The notes under the pieces were generated by a model. It saw only the letters and a list, made by a program, of their open reading frames with translations. It was not told the DNA's origin and searched no databases. Both the position numbers and the translations under genes were made by a program. A stretch of DNA of 64,000 bases, from the NCBI GenBank assembly GCA_963668645.2, contig CAXXWC010000015.1, positions 96,001-160,000 of the forward strand, read 5' to 3'. Below are positions 53,079 to 62,946 of this stretch, one piece after another (the stretch's first letter is position 1; each line of letters starts with the position of its first letter). The DNA is from Desulfobacterales bacterium (GTDB taxonomy: Bacteria; Desulfobacterota; Desulfobacteria; Desulfobacterales; UBA2174).

Positions 53079-54326
53079 ATGCTGACCGAAAACGAAAAAC
53101 TGGAAAAACTCACCCGATTGGGCGTGGAGTTGAGCCGGGTCAGGGACCTGGACATCCTCATGGAACGGGTCCTTGACGACGCGCGTCAATTTGTCAATGC
53201 CGACGCCGGTTCAATCTATATTCGACGGGGCGGTGAGCTGCATTTCAGCTACACTCAAAATGACACCCTGCAACGCCGGCAGACCCCCGGTGAAAAGCTG
53301 ATCTATTCGACATTTTGCATGCCCATCGATACCCGGTCCATTGCCGGCTACGTGGCCGCCACGGGAAACCTGCTCAACATCAACGACGTCTATGCCTTGA
53401 GTGAGTCCGAACCTTACGCCTTCAGCAAGCAGTTCGACCGGTCGGCGGGCTATCATACCCAATCGGTTTTTGCCGTACCGCTCAAAACCGCCCGCGGGGA
53501 TATCCTAGGCATTTTACAGATCATCAACGCCCAGGACAAGAACAACAACGTGATCCCCTTTTCCACCGAGGACGAAAAGATCTTGATCCATTTTGCCAGT
53601 GTTGCCGCAGTGGCCCTGGAGCGCGCCCAGATGACACGCGCCATCTTGCTGCGGATGATTCGCATGAGCGAGCTGCGTGACCCCAAGGAGACCGGCGCGC
53701 ACGTCAACCGGGTAGGCGGGTATGCCGTCGAAATTTATGAACAATGGGCGCTTCGACGAGGCCTGGATCCCAAAGAGATGGAGCGCAACCGTGACAGTCT
53801 GCGCATGGCGGCCATGCTGCACGACGTGGGCAAGGTGGCCATCAGCGATTTGATCCTCAAAAAGCCGGGACGCTTCAATACTGAAGAATTCGAAGCCATG
53901 AAAGCCCACACGGTGATCGGGGCGCGGCTGTTTCTCGACTCCCAATCGGATTTCGATGAGGCGGCCCGCGAAGTGGCTCTCAATCACCACGAACGGTGGG
54001 ATGGAAAGGGGTATCCGGGCATGGTCGATATCCATACCGGCAAGCCACTGCCCGGCCAGACGCTGGCCGATGGACGGCCCCGCGGCAAGGCCGGCGAAGA
54101 GATCCCGCTTTTCGGTCGCATCGTGGCCCTGGCAGACGTCTATGACGCGCTTTCTTCGGCTCGCATTTACAAGCCGGCCTGGAAGGAATCGGACGTGCTC
54201 GACACCATCGCCAAAGAGGCCGGGGCCCAGTTCGATCCCGAGCTGGTGGAGATCTTCTTTAGCTGCCTTAACACATTGCGGGCGATTCAGGAACGGTATA
54301 GCGACGACGCGCCGGATGATTGTTGA
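53079..54326 (+). CDS. GAF plus HD-GYP phosphodiesterase
   Basis: GAF (SIAGYVA, GYHTQS), ETGAH, LHDVGK, HHERWDGKGYP, ADVYDAL. Confidence 0.92.
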   Translation: MLTENEKLEKLTRLGVELSRVRDLDILMERVLDDARQFVNADAGSIYIRRGGELHFSYTQNDTLQRRQTPGEKLIYSTFCMPIDTRSIAGYVAATGNLLNINDVYALSESEPYAFSKQFDRSAGYHTQSVFAVPLKTARGDILGILQIINAQDKNNNVIPFSTEDEKILIHFASVAAVALERAQMTRAILLRMIRMSELRDPKETGAHVNRVGGYAVEIYEQWALRRGLDPKEMERNRDSLRMAAMLHDVGKVAISDLILKKPGRFNTEEFEAMKAHTVIGARLFLDSQSDFDEAAREVALNHHERWDGKGYPGMVDIHTGKPLPGQTLADGRPRGKAGEEIPLFGRIVALADVYDALSSARIYKPAWKESDVLDTIAKEAGAQFDPELVEIFFSCLNTLRAIQERYSDDAPDDC

Positions 54327-54424
54327 AGCGAGTTCCCAGCCGGGAGCCGGAACAAACCCCGATCCGGCACACAATCGTTGTGACCGAACGAAACGCGCCA
54401 CATACCCGTCTTTGAAAAAACCTC

Positions 54425-55432
54425 ATGAATCCGAATGCATTTAAAAATCACCCGGTGCGGGCCCTGGGCCTTTGCTCCGGGGGGCTGGACAGTATCCTGG
54501 CCGCGCTGGTACTGCGCGATCAAGGCATCCAGGTTGTCTGGGTCTGTTTCGAGACCCCTTTTTTCGGAGCCGAGCGCGCCCGCCAGGCCGCCCGTCAAAC
54601 CGGGGTCGAACTGATCGTGCGATCCATTACCCCGATCTACCTGGAAATGCTGCGCCACCCGCACTGCGGTTACGGCCGGCACATGAACCCCTGCATGGAC
54701 TGCCATGCGCTGATGTTCCGCCTGGCCGGTGAGATCATGGAAAAGGAAGGCTTCGATTTTCTTTTCAGCGGCGAAGTCCTCGGCCAGCGGCCCATGAGTC
54801 AAACCCGCAACGCCCTGCGCTACGTGGAAAAGCACAGCGGCCGAGCCGGCCTGATCCTGCGTCCCCTTAGCGCTCGCCGCCTGCCGGAAACCTTTCCCGA
54901 GCAGCAGGGGCTGGTGGACCGCAACCGCCTGCTCGATTTGAGCGGCCGCGGCCGCAAGGCCCAGATCGCCATGGCGGCCCAGCGCGGCATCGTCGACTAT
55001 CCGGCCCCTGCCGGCGGCTGCCTGCTCACCGACAAGGGATACAGCACCCGTTTGCGCGACCTGTTCGGGCACCAGTCCGACTGGCGCGAATCGGAGCTGC
55101 ACCTGCTCAAGTACGGCCGCCACCTGCGCCTGGGGCCACGGACCAAGGTCGTGGTGGGCCGCAACCGGATCGAGAACGAACAGATCGAAAGTTATATCGA
55201 TCCAGGCTGCGACATCCGACTCAAGTGCGTCTCTTTTCCAGGCCCCTTGGCCGTGGTGCCTGGCGGTGCGCCGCAGGAGTTGATCCTTCTGGCCGCGGCC
55301 ATCTGTGCCGGGTATGGCAAAACCGCAGCGGACCGTGCGGCCACGATTCAAACTCGCAGCCCGGATGGGTTTGGCGCCGTTGAAGTCCTGCCGCTGGAAA
55401 CTGCACAGATTCAACGCTACCTGATTCAGTAG
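54425..55432 (+). CDS. ThiI/MnmA-like PP-loop tRNA thiolation protein (DUF814-type C-terminus)
   Basis: SGGLDS, NPCMDC, GEVLGQRPMSQ, PAGGCLLT, VVGRN. Confidence 0.85.
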   Translation: MNPNAFKNHPVRALGLCSGGLDSILAALVLRDQGIQVVWVCFETPFFGAERARQAARQTGVELIVRSITPIYLEMLRHPHCGYGRHMNPCMDCHALMFRLAGEIMEKEGFDFLFSGEVLGQRPMSQTRNALRYVEKHSGRAGLILRPLSARRLPETFPEQQGLVDRNRLLDLSGRGRKAQIAMAAQRGIVDYPAPAGGCLLTDKGYSTRLRDLFGHQSDWRESELHLLKYGRHLRLGPRTKVVVGRNRIENEQIESYIDPGCDIRLKCVSFPGPLAVVPGGAPQELILLAAAICAGYGKTAADRAATIQTRSPDGFGAVEVLPLETAQIQRYLIQ

Positions 55433-56481
55433 CCCCGGTGAGCGCCCTTGAGCTGGCCGCAGGCCGCGGCGATCTCCTGCCCCTTGCTGTAGCGCACGAT
55501 GGCCGTCTGGTGGCGATCGGCGAGCTGTTGCAAAAAAGCATCCACGACGGGTGCATCCGGCCGCTGAAAATCGCTTCCGGAATGCGCATTGAAAGGGATC
55601 AGGTTGACCTTGGCGCGGATCCCGTGCAACCGGGAGACCAGACGCCGGGCGTGGGCGGGGCTGTCGTTGATCCCGGCAATGAGGATATACTCGAAAGTGA
55701 TGCGCCGCCGGGGCGCCAGGGGAAAGGCACGGCAGGCCTCCAGAAGCGCATCGAGGGGATAGCGGCGGTTGACCGGCATCAAGCGGCTGCGCGTTTCGTC
55801 GTCGCTGGCATTGAGCGATACGGCCAGGTTGACGCGGCTGTCGCGGCCCAGGTCGGCCAGACGCGGCACCAGGCCGACGGTGGAAAGGGTCACCCGGCGG
55901 GCCGAGACCCCCAGGCCGTAATCGGCATCGGCGATCACGGCAAGGGCATCGATGACGTTGCGGTAATTGGCCAGGGGCTCTCCCATGCCCATCAGCACCA
56001 CGTTGGTCAGCGGCAGCCGGTCCCCGGCGGCCATGGCCGCCACGTCGCGCACCTGGGCCAGGATCTCCCCGGCGGACAAATCGCGCACCAGCCCTCCCCG
56101 GCCCGTCATGCAGAACCGGCACCCCTGGGCGCAGCCGACCTGGGTCGAAATGCACAGGGTCTGATGGCTGCGCTCGCGGATCAGCACGGTCTCGATGCTT
56201 TCTCCGTCCGCCAAACCGAAAAGGAACTTGCGCGTACCGTCGTCGGCGACCGATTCGGCAAGGCGCTGCAACCGGCCGACGAAAAAATCCATCGCCAGCG
56301 CTTCACGCAATGGTTTGGCCAGATCGGTCATGCATGAAAAATCATCCGTCTGGCGCCGGTGGATCCAGCGCAGAATCTGGGCGGCGTGAAAGGCGCGCAT
56401 TCCGCGTGCACCAAGCCAGGCTTGAAGCGCGCCGAGGGGCAACTCCTTGATATCTATTTTGTTCACTGTTGCAAAGGCCAT
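55426..56481 (-). CDS. rlmN: Dual-specificity RNA methyltransferase RlmN
   Basis: STQVGCAQGCRFC, MGMGEP, NLIPFN, AACGQL. Confidence 0.95.
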   Translation of the reverse strand: MAFATVNKIDIKELPLGALQAWLGARGMRAFHAAQILRWIHRRQTDDFSCMTDLAKPLREALAMDFFVGRLQRLAESVADDGTRKFLFGLADGESIETVLIRERSHQTLCISTQVGCAQGCRFCMTGRGGLVRDLSAGEILAQVRDVAAMAAGDRLPLTNVVLMGMGEPLANYRNVIDALAVIADADYGLGVSARRVTLSTVGLVPRLADLGRDSRVNLAVSLNASDDETRSRLMPVNRRYPLDALLEACRAFPLAPRRRITFEYILIAGINDSPAHARRLVSRLHGIRAKVNLIPFNAHSGSDFQRPDAPVVDAFLQQLADRHQTAIVRYSKGQEIAAACGQLKGAHRGY

Positions 56482-56591
56482 TCGATTAGGATAGATTATT
56501 TTGATTTAAGCAGGCTTCATTTTGCTTGACATAGCATCGAAGTGCGTCTATTTACAATGATTTTGTACTTTACACCGGTTGTGGGGCCGCG

Positions 56592-57923
56592 ATGTTTGAC
56601 AATTTATCCGAACGGCTCGAGTCGGTCTTCAAAAAGCTTAAAGGCCACGGTAAGTTAACTGAAAGCAACATCGAAGACGGCCTCAAGGAAGTCCGCTTGG
56701 CCCTGCTCGAAGCGGACGTTCATTACCGGGTCGTAAAAAAATTCATCGGCGACGTCAAACAGCGCGCCTTGGGCCAGGAAGTCATGGCCAGCCTGACCCC
56801 CGGCCAGCAGGTGGTCAAGATCGTCAACGACGAGCTGACCGTTCTGATGGGTGCCAGCAACGCCGAGCTGAACCTGGCCGGCCCCCATCCGGTGCCGCTG
56901 ATGCTCGTCGGTTTGCAGGGTTCGGGCAAGACCACCACGGCCGGTAAGCTGGCGGTCTTTTTGCGCGGCCGTGGAAGAAAGCCGTACCTAGTGCCGGCCG
57001 ATGTCTACCGGCCGGCGGCCATCGACCAACTGGTGACCCTGGGCCGGCAGATCGACATACCCGTCTATCCATCCACGACGGATATGGATCCGGTTCAGAT
57101 CTGTCAGAAGGCCCGCGCCGTGGCCCAGCAGGCCGGCTGTGACACCGTACTGCTCGACACCGCCGGTCGGCTGCACATCGATGCCGGTCTGATGGACGAG
57201 TTGGCCCGCATCCGCGAGGCGGTCAATCCGGCCGACATCCTGTTGGTGGCCGATGCCATGACCGGCCAGGATGCCGTGAACATCGCCAAAGCCTTTGACG
57301 AGAAGCTCGACATCGGGGGCGTGGTTCTGACCAAGATGGACGGCGATGCCCGCGGCGGGGCGGCCCTGTCGATCCGGTCCATCACCGGCAAACCGATCAA
57401 ATTTGTCGGGGTGGGCGAAAAGCTAAGCGCTCTGGAGGTCTTTCACCCGGATCGCATGGCCTCAAAGATCCTGGGAATGGGCGACGTCTTGTCGCTGATT
57501 GAAAAAGCCCAGTCCGTGGTGGATGAAAAGCAGGCACTCCAGCTTCAAAAAAAGCTGCGGCGAAACGAGTTCACTCTGGAAGATTTTCGCAATCAGCTCC
57601 AGCAGATCGGCAAGATGGGCCCGTTGGGCGATCTGTTGGGGATGATTCCCGGCTTAGGCCGGCACAAGGAATTGAAAAACCTCAAAGTAGAAGAAAAGGA
57701 GCTCGGCCGGATCGTGGCCATCATCAACTCCATGACCCCGCAAGAGCGGCGCCAGCACGGCATTATCAACGGCAGCCGCCGCAAACGGATCGCCGTGGGT
57801 AGCGGGACCAGCGTTCAGGAGGTCAACCGGCTGCTGAAAGATTACGGACAAATGTTGAAAATGATGAAGAAAATTAACAAAGGCGGGATGCGCGGCATGG
57901 GCCGCGGAGTCCTGCCGTTCTGA
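56592..57923 (+). CDS. ffh: Signal recognition particle protein
   Basis: [33 protein letters not shown] domain. Confidence 0.98.
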   Translation: MFDNLSERLESVFKKLKGHGKLTESNIEDGLKEVRLALLEADVHYRVVKKFIGDVKQRALGQEVMASLTPGQQVVKIVNDELTVLMGASNAELNLAGPHPVPLMLVGLQGSGKTTTAGKLAVFLRGRGRKPYLVPADVYRPAAIDQLVTLGRQIDIPVYPSTTDMDPVQICQKARAVAQQAGCDTVLLDTAGRLHIDAGLMDELARIREAVNPADILLVADAMTGQDAVNIAKAFDEKLDIGGVVLTKMDGDARGGAALSIRSITGKPIKFVGVGEKLSALEVFHPDRMASKILGMGDVLSLIEKAQSVVDEKQALQLQKKLRRNEFTLEDFRNQLQQIGKMGPLGDLLGMIPGLGRHKELKNLKVEEKELGRIVAIINSMTPQERRQHGIINGSRRKRIAVGSGTSVQEVNRLLKDYGQMLKMMKKINKGGMRGMGRGVLPF

Positions 57924-57936
57924 GGAGAAACCACCC

Positions 57937-58191
57937 ATGCCGACTAAGATCAGACTCGCCCGCCACGGCGCCAAGAAACGTCCCTTTTACCGCGTTGTCG
58001 TGGCAAATTCAGAAAGTCCGCGCGACGGCCGCTTCCTTGAAACCGTGGGCACCTATAATCCGTTGAGCAATCCGGCCCTGGTGACGTTGAAAAACGAACG
58101 AATCCGCGAATGGCTGGATCGGGGAGCCATCCCCACCGATACGGTTCGCAGTCTTTTGAAAAAAGAGGGGGTGTTGAACAGCCTGTCCTAG
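57937..58191 (+). CDS. rpsP: 30S ribosomal protein S16
   Basis: [22 protein letters not shown]. Confidence 0.98.
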   Translation: MPTKIRLARHGAKKRPFYRVVVANSESPRDGRFLETVGTYNPLSNPALVTLKNERIREWLDRGAIPTDTVRSLLKKEGVLNSLS

Positions 58192-58334
58192 CCGCTACCG
58201 GATAGACAAGTGCCGGATTGCCGCAAAAGGGGCGGCCGGAATCGAAAAGCACCACATATCAAGCATATGTGAGCATTTTCGAAGAGGCCGCAGCCTGGCA
58301 TGGCGGACCGGGACAGCGTCTATCCACCGGCGGC
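58191..58334 (+). other. Long rod-like imperfect hairpin between rpsP and khpA
   Basis: Nested pairings GGATAGAC/GTCTATCC, CCGG/CCGG, GCGGCC/GGCCGC, TCGAAAA/TTTTCGA, CACATAT/ATATGTG around a CAAGC loop. Confidence 0.7.
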
Positions 58335-58386
58335 CAATCCACTGTCGCGGCCCGCAGAGCAACCTTCAGCATAAGGAGATGTGTTC

Positions 58387-58617
58387 ATGAAAGAGCTGAT
58401 CGAGTATATCGCCCAGGCCCTGGTCGACCATCCGGATCAAGTGAACGTCTCCGAAGTGGAAGGAAATCAAACATCCGTGCTTGAGTTGAAGGTTGCCAAG
58501 GAGGATCTGGGCAAGGTCATCGGCAAACAGGGACGTACCGCCCGGGCCATGCGCACCATCCTCAGCGCCGCTTCGGCCAAAATCAAGAAGCGCACCGTAC
58601 TGGAAATCATCGAATAG
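58387..58617 (+). CDS. khpA: KH-domain RNA-binding protein
   Basis: [18 protein letters not shown]; canonical position in the operon. Confidence 0.95.
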   Translation: MKELIEYIAQALVDHPDQVNVSEVEGNQTSVLELKVAKEDLGKVIGKQGRTARAMRTILSAASAKIKKRTVLEIIE

Positions 58618-58622
58618 GCACC

Positions 58623-59132
58623 ATGGAAACCGAAGCCCTGGTCCCCCTCGGCAAAGTGGTCGGCGCTCACGGCATCCGCGGTCTGGTGAAAGTTGCTTTC
58701 TACTCGGGCCAGGCACCGGATCTGGGCCCCGACCCGTCCATCGAACTGCGCCGTCCGGACGGTGAAACGTCTTGCTTCAAGGTGCTGAAGCTGACCGCCC
58801 ATCAGCATCAGTTCATCGCCGCCTTGGCCGGGGTCGACGACCGCAACGCAGCCGAAGGGTTGGCCGGTGCCGAAGTGGTCGTGTCTCGCGGGTGGTTGCC
58901 CCAGCCCGAGGCGGACAGCTTTTACTGGGCGGATCTGATCGGTTTGGCCGTCACCACCATGGATGGAACGCCTCTTGGCAACCTGATACGGATCATCGAG
59001 ACCGGCGCCAACGATGTCTATGTGGTACGCCGAGGACGCGTGGAAACCCTGGTCCCGGCCCTGGCATCGGTGGTCCAACGGGTCGATCTGGGACAGCGGC
59101 GCATGTGGGTCGATCTTCCCGAGGGCTTGTGA
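58623..59132 (+). CDS. rimM: Ribosome maturation factor RimM
   Basis: GAHGIRG, FYWADLIG, TGANDV. Confidence 0.95.
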   Translation: METEALVPLGKVVGAHGIRGLVKVAFYSGQAPDLGPDPSIELRRPDGETSCFKVLKLTAHQHQFIAALAGVDDRNAAEGLAGAEVVVSRGWLPQPEADSFYWADLIGLAVTTMDGTPLGNLIRIIETGANDVYVVRRGRVETLVPALASVVQRVDLGQRRMWVDLPEGL

Positions 59133-59138
59133 AGACCG

Positions 59139-59936
59139 ATGCACTTTACCGTCCTGACCCTCTTTCCGGAGCTCTTTGAACCGTTCTGGAATCATGGGAT
59201 CATCCGGCGCGCCATCGAAAGACGGATCATCGGTGCCGAAGCGGTCAACATCCGTGATTTCGCCGCCGGCCGCCATCAGGTAACCGACGACCGGCCCTAC
59301 GGCGGCGGCTGCGGCATGGTCATGAAGCCCGAACCACTGGCCGAAGCCATCGCCAGGGCCCGCCGGCAGCGGCCCGCAGACCTGACGATTCTGCTCTCGC
59401 CCCAGGGCCGGCCCATGGATCAGGCCCTGGCGGCAGATCTGGCCGGGCAGCAGGGGCTGATCCTGGTCTGCGGGCGCTACGAAGGGGTCGACGAAAGGGT
59501 TTGCCTCGATCTGGTGGACGTGGAAGTCTCCATCGGCGACTATGTGCTCACCGGAGGGGAATTGGCGGCCATGATCGTGGTGGATGCGGTGACCCGCTTG
59601 TTGCCCGGCGCCTTGGGCGGCGCGGATTCGGCGGCCGAAGACTCGTTCAGCATGCCGGGGCTCGATTACGCCCAGTACACCCGGCCGCCGGTTTTTGAAG
59701 GCCAGGCGGTGCCGGAAGTGCTGCTGTCCGGGGATCATGCCCGCATTGCGGGCTGGCGGCGCGAATCGGCGCTGATCCGGACTCTGCTCAAGCGCAGCGA
59801 TCTGCTGGGCCGGCGCCAGTTGGCGCCGGAGGAAGTGGCAACGCTGCACCGGTGGGCCAAGAAAATTGAGAGAATCATAGATGCCCAGGCTCTATATGGC
59901 GCTGGTGCACCACCCGGTGATCGACAAAACCGGTGA
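59139..59936 (+). CDS. trmD: tRNA (guanine37-N1)-methyltransferase
   Basis: [38 protein letters not shown]. Confidence 0.97.
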   Translation: MHFTVLTLFPELFEPFWNHGIIRRAIERRIIGAEAVNIRDFAAGRHQVTDDRPYGGGCGMVMKPEPLAEAIARARRQRPADLTILLSPQGRPMDQALAADLAGQQGLILVCGRYEGVDERVCLDLVDVEVSIGDYVLTGGELAAMIVVDAVTRLLPGALGGADSAAEDSFSMPGLDYAQYTRPPVFEGQAVPEVLLSGDHARIAGWRRESALIRTLLKRSDLLGRRQLAPEEVATLHRWAKKIERIIDAQALYGAGAPPGDRQNR

Positions 59937-60438
59937 GGTCATCGCATCGGCGGTGACCAACCTCGATTTGCACGATCTGGCCCGCATCGGTCGCACCTTC
60001 GGCGTTGCTCGGTTTTACGTCGTCACGCCCTTGACCGATCAACAGGCCCTGGTACGCCGCATCGTGGACCACTGGTGCGAGGGGTTCGGAGCAGCCTATA
60101 ATCCTCACCGGGGCCAGGCCATGGAGCGCATCCGGATCTGCGCACAAATGGAAGATGCGCTGGGCGCCATTTGCCAGCGTGAAGGTCGCCCCCCGCAAGT
60201 GGTGGCCACCTGCGCCCGCGACGGAGTGCAACGCATCGGTTTTGCCGCCCTGCGAGAGCAGATCGAGAACGGCACCCCCTGCCTGTTGGTATTCGGGACG
60301 GCCTGGGGATTGGCCGACACGGTGATCGAAAAGGCCGGTGCCGTCCTCGAACCGATCCGGGGTGTGGACGATTACAACCATCTGCCGGTGCGTGCCGCGA
60401 CGGCCATCATCCTGGACCGCCTGGTGGGCAGGGGATGA
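59881..60438 (+). CDS. TrmD-associated SPOUT RNA methyltransferase
   Basis: [37 protein letters not shown]. Confidence 0.88.
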   Translation: MPRLYMALVHHPVIDKTGEVIASAVTNLDLHDLARIGRTFGVARFYVVTPLTDQQALVRRIVDHWCEGFGAAYNPHRGQAMERIRICAQMEDALGAICQREGRPPQVVATCARDGVQRIGFAALREQIENGTPCLLVFGTAWGLADTVIEKAGAVLEPIRGVDDYNHLPVRAATAIILDRLVGRG

Positions 60439-60531
60439 TTGCTCTTGCGATTTTGAACGATTGCGTATACAAGCACGGCGCCGTTGGCACGGCCCGATGC
60501 CAATTCTACGGGAAACGATTGGAGAAACGAC

Positions 60532-60879
60532 ATGCAGCAAATTCGACGAATCGAACAGGAAATGATGCGCCTCGACCTGCCCCGCTTTTTGCCGGGCGAT
60601 ACGGTCCGGGTGCACGTGAAGATTAAAGAAGGTGAAAAGGAGCGCATCCAGGCCTTTCAGGGCGTCGTCATCAGCAAGCGCAAAGGCATGACCAACGCCA
60701 CTTTTACGGTACGCAAAGTCTCCTACGGCGTCGGCGTGGAGAGAATCTTTCCGACCCATTCGCCGATCATCGACAAAGTCGAGGTGATCACCCCCGGCCG
60801 GGTACGGCGCAGCAAAATCTACTATCTGCGCAAATTGCGCGGTAAGGCGGCCCGCATCAAGGAACGGCGTTTGAACTGA
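60532..60879 (+). CDS. rplS: 50S ribosomal protein L19
   Basis: [31 protein letters not shown]. Confidence 0.98.
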   Translation: MQQIRRIEQEMMRLDLPRFLPGDTVRVHVKIKEGEKERIQAFQGVVISKRKGMTNATFTVRKVSYGVGVERIFPTHSPIIDKVEVITPGRVRRSKIYYLRKLRGKAARIKERRLN

Positions 60880-60976
60880 TCCTGGCCAAAGCCCGGATAC
60901 CAGACCGGATCCTGAGACCGGAAGAATCTTCGAACGGCCGTTGCGACTTCCGCCGGCAATCCCTCTGAGGAAAGCC

Positions 60977-61600
60977 ATGCGAGACGATCTGTGGGCCTAC
61001 GAGAGCCGAGCCATGACCCATGGTTACCACCGGGTAGCCGGGGTGGATGAGGCCGGTCGCGGACCGCTGGCCGGACCGGTGGTGGCCGCTGCCGTGATCC
61101 TGCCTGAAGATCTGCCGGATCTGGAGCTCGACGATTCCAAGAAGTTGTCCCCCCGCCGCCGTTGCAGGGCGTATGACGCCATCTACCAATGGGCGGTGGC
61201 GGTGGGGATCGGCATCGTTGATGCGGCCGAAATCGACCGCATCAACATCCTCAAAGCCGCCCTCCGCGGAATGGCCATGGCTGTGGCCAATCTTACGCCG
61301 GCACCCGATCTGATCCTGGTGGACGGTCCTTTTGCCATCCCGGCCCTGGAGATTGAACAGTCGCCCATCGTAAAGGGCGACGCGCTGAGCGCCTCCATCG
61401 CCGCTGCATCCATCGTGGCCAAGGTGACTCGCGACCGGATCATGGCCCGCTACGATCTGGAATACCCGCAGTTCGGCTTCGCAGCCCACAAAGGCTATCC
61501 GACCCGCGCCCACCGCAGCGCCATCGCCCTTCACGGCCCCTGCCCGATCCACCGGCGCAGTTTCCGCGGCACCCAAGCACAACCCCAAAGGCCCCGATGA
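60977..61600 (+). CDS. rnhB: Ribonuclease HII
   Basis: GVDEAGRGPLAGPV, DSKKL, KGD, AASIVAKV, HKGYPT. Confidence 0.97.
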   Translation: MRDDLWAYESRAMTHGYHRVAGVDEAGRGPLAGPVVAAAVILPEDLPDLELDDSKKLSPRRRCRAYDAIYQWAVAVGIGIVDAAEIDRINILKAALRGMAMAVANLTPAPDLILVDGPFAIPALEIEQSPIVKGDALSASIAAASIVAKVTRDRIMARYDLEYPQFGFAAHKGYPTRAHRSAIALHGPCPIHRRSFRGTQAQPQRPR

Positions 61601-61968
61601 CCGCCGGGCGCCAGCTGTTGGGCCGCAGCGGCGAAGCGTTGGCCGAGGCCCTGCTGAAAACCCGCGGATATCGAATCCTGGAACGCAATTACCGCACCCG
61701 CCTGGGAGAGATCGACCTTATCGCCAAAGACGGCGCCACCCTGGTCTTTGTTGAAGTCAAGGTGCGCCGCAGCGGGCGCTTCGGGTCGGCCAAGGCGGCG
61801 ATCACCGCCGCCAAGCGCCGCAAACTCTCCATAGTCGCCCTGCAGTACATCAAGAGCACCTGTGAAAAGCCGGTCCATGCACGCTTTGACGTCGTCGCCG
61901 TGGAACGGGGCGATGAAACGCCGCGGCTGGAACTGGTCCAAAACGCCTTCGAGCTTGCCTACCCCTGA
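61597..61968 (+). CDS. yraN: YraN-family protein
   Basis: GEALA, RNYR, GEIDLI, FVEVK, RFDVV. Confidence 0.93.
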   Translation: MTAGRQLLGRSGEALAEALLKTRGYRILERNYRTRLGEIDLIAKDGATLVFVEVKVRRSGRFGSAKAAITAAKRRKLSIVALQYIKSTCEKPVHARFDVVAVERGDETPRLELVQNAFELAYP

Positions 61969-62172
61969 CCGCCTTTGAAAGGGTTTGCGTGCTTTGCGTC
62001 CGGCGGTCGGCTGAATGCAATTTATCTCTTGACAGCGACCCGGAACAAACGTTATGCGGGGTTCTCCATCATTTGCTGGAATCGTATGTTGGAATCCTCC
62101 AGACGAAAATAACGGCACGTTGCGGCCCGATCCTTCGCCATCGCCGTAAAAACGCAAAAGCCCGGGAACCCG

Positions 62173-62808
62173 ATGCCCTCCCCACTGGAAAAAGCACGCC
62201 AGGCCCCCGAGTCGATGAAGGGGCGCATCCTCGACACCGCTCGCCGGCTCTTTGGCGAGTACGGCTTTTCAGGGGTCACCACCCGCATGATCGCCAAAAC
62301 GGTCGGCATCGACATCTCGACCCTCTACTATCACTGGGGGGAAAAAAAGGATCTCTACGAGGCGGTCATCACCGATCTGAGCGACGAGATCCGCGCCAAG
62401 TTGAGGCATATTGAGACCCTGGTGCGCGGCCGGCCCCTGGCCCACCGCCTCGAAGTGGCCATCGAGGTCATGTGCGACTACCTCTTCGAGCGCCCCGAAG
62501 CGAGCAACCTGATCCTCTTCGCCTACCTGGGCAAATCCCGGGATGTGACCGAAATCGACCTGCGCCTCAAGGAGCACATCGCCAACATTGCCGTGGCCAT
62601 GGGCTTGGCCCTGGACCGGACCAACATCCCGGCCCGGGCCAACGCACGGGTCCTGACCGTATGGAACGCGGTGATCAACTTCACCTCCGGGGAAAACTTC
62701 TTTCGCCCCATGCTGGATGTCGATCACGGCGAATATATCGCCGTGGTCAAGGAAACCCTTAAATTCATCCTGATTCCGGCTTTTACCCAGCCGGCGCCGA
62801 CCCGCTGA
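62173..62808 (+). CDS. TetR/AcrR-family regulator
   Basis: RILDTARRLFGEYGF...TTRMIAKTVG...TLYYHWGEK. Confidence 0.92.
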   Translation: MPSPLEKARQAPESMKGRILDTARRLFGEYGFSGVTTRMIAKTVGIDISTLYYHWGEKKDLYEAVITDLSDEIRAKLRHIETLVRGRPLAHRLEVAIEVMCDYLFERPEASNLILFAYLGKSRDVTEIDLRLKEHIANIAVAMGLALDRTNIPARANARVLTVWNAVINFTSGENFFRPMLDVDHGEYIAVVKETLKFILIPAFTQPAPTR

Positions 62809-62946
62809 TCCGTCCGAAACCGTCGGCCGCACAGGGCACGGAAGGGATCGGCAGTCACAAACTTTGAACTGAATTCATATCTCTAAAGCAGTTTTAAGAC
62901 TTACATCCAATCGGTCCAATGGACCATCCGACAAGGAGGGAGGACG

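Noticed and set aside
58191..58334. Hairpin as SRP (4.5S) RNA or 6S RNA
   Set aside because: It lacks the conserved SRP domain IV sequence, and I cannot see a 6S-type central bubble or the usual synteny
60485..60500. Sigma-54-like TGGCAC...TGC upstream of rplS (similar near 25433 and 46381)
   Set aside because: GG-to-GC spacing is 9 or 11 nt rather than the required 10
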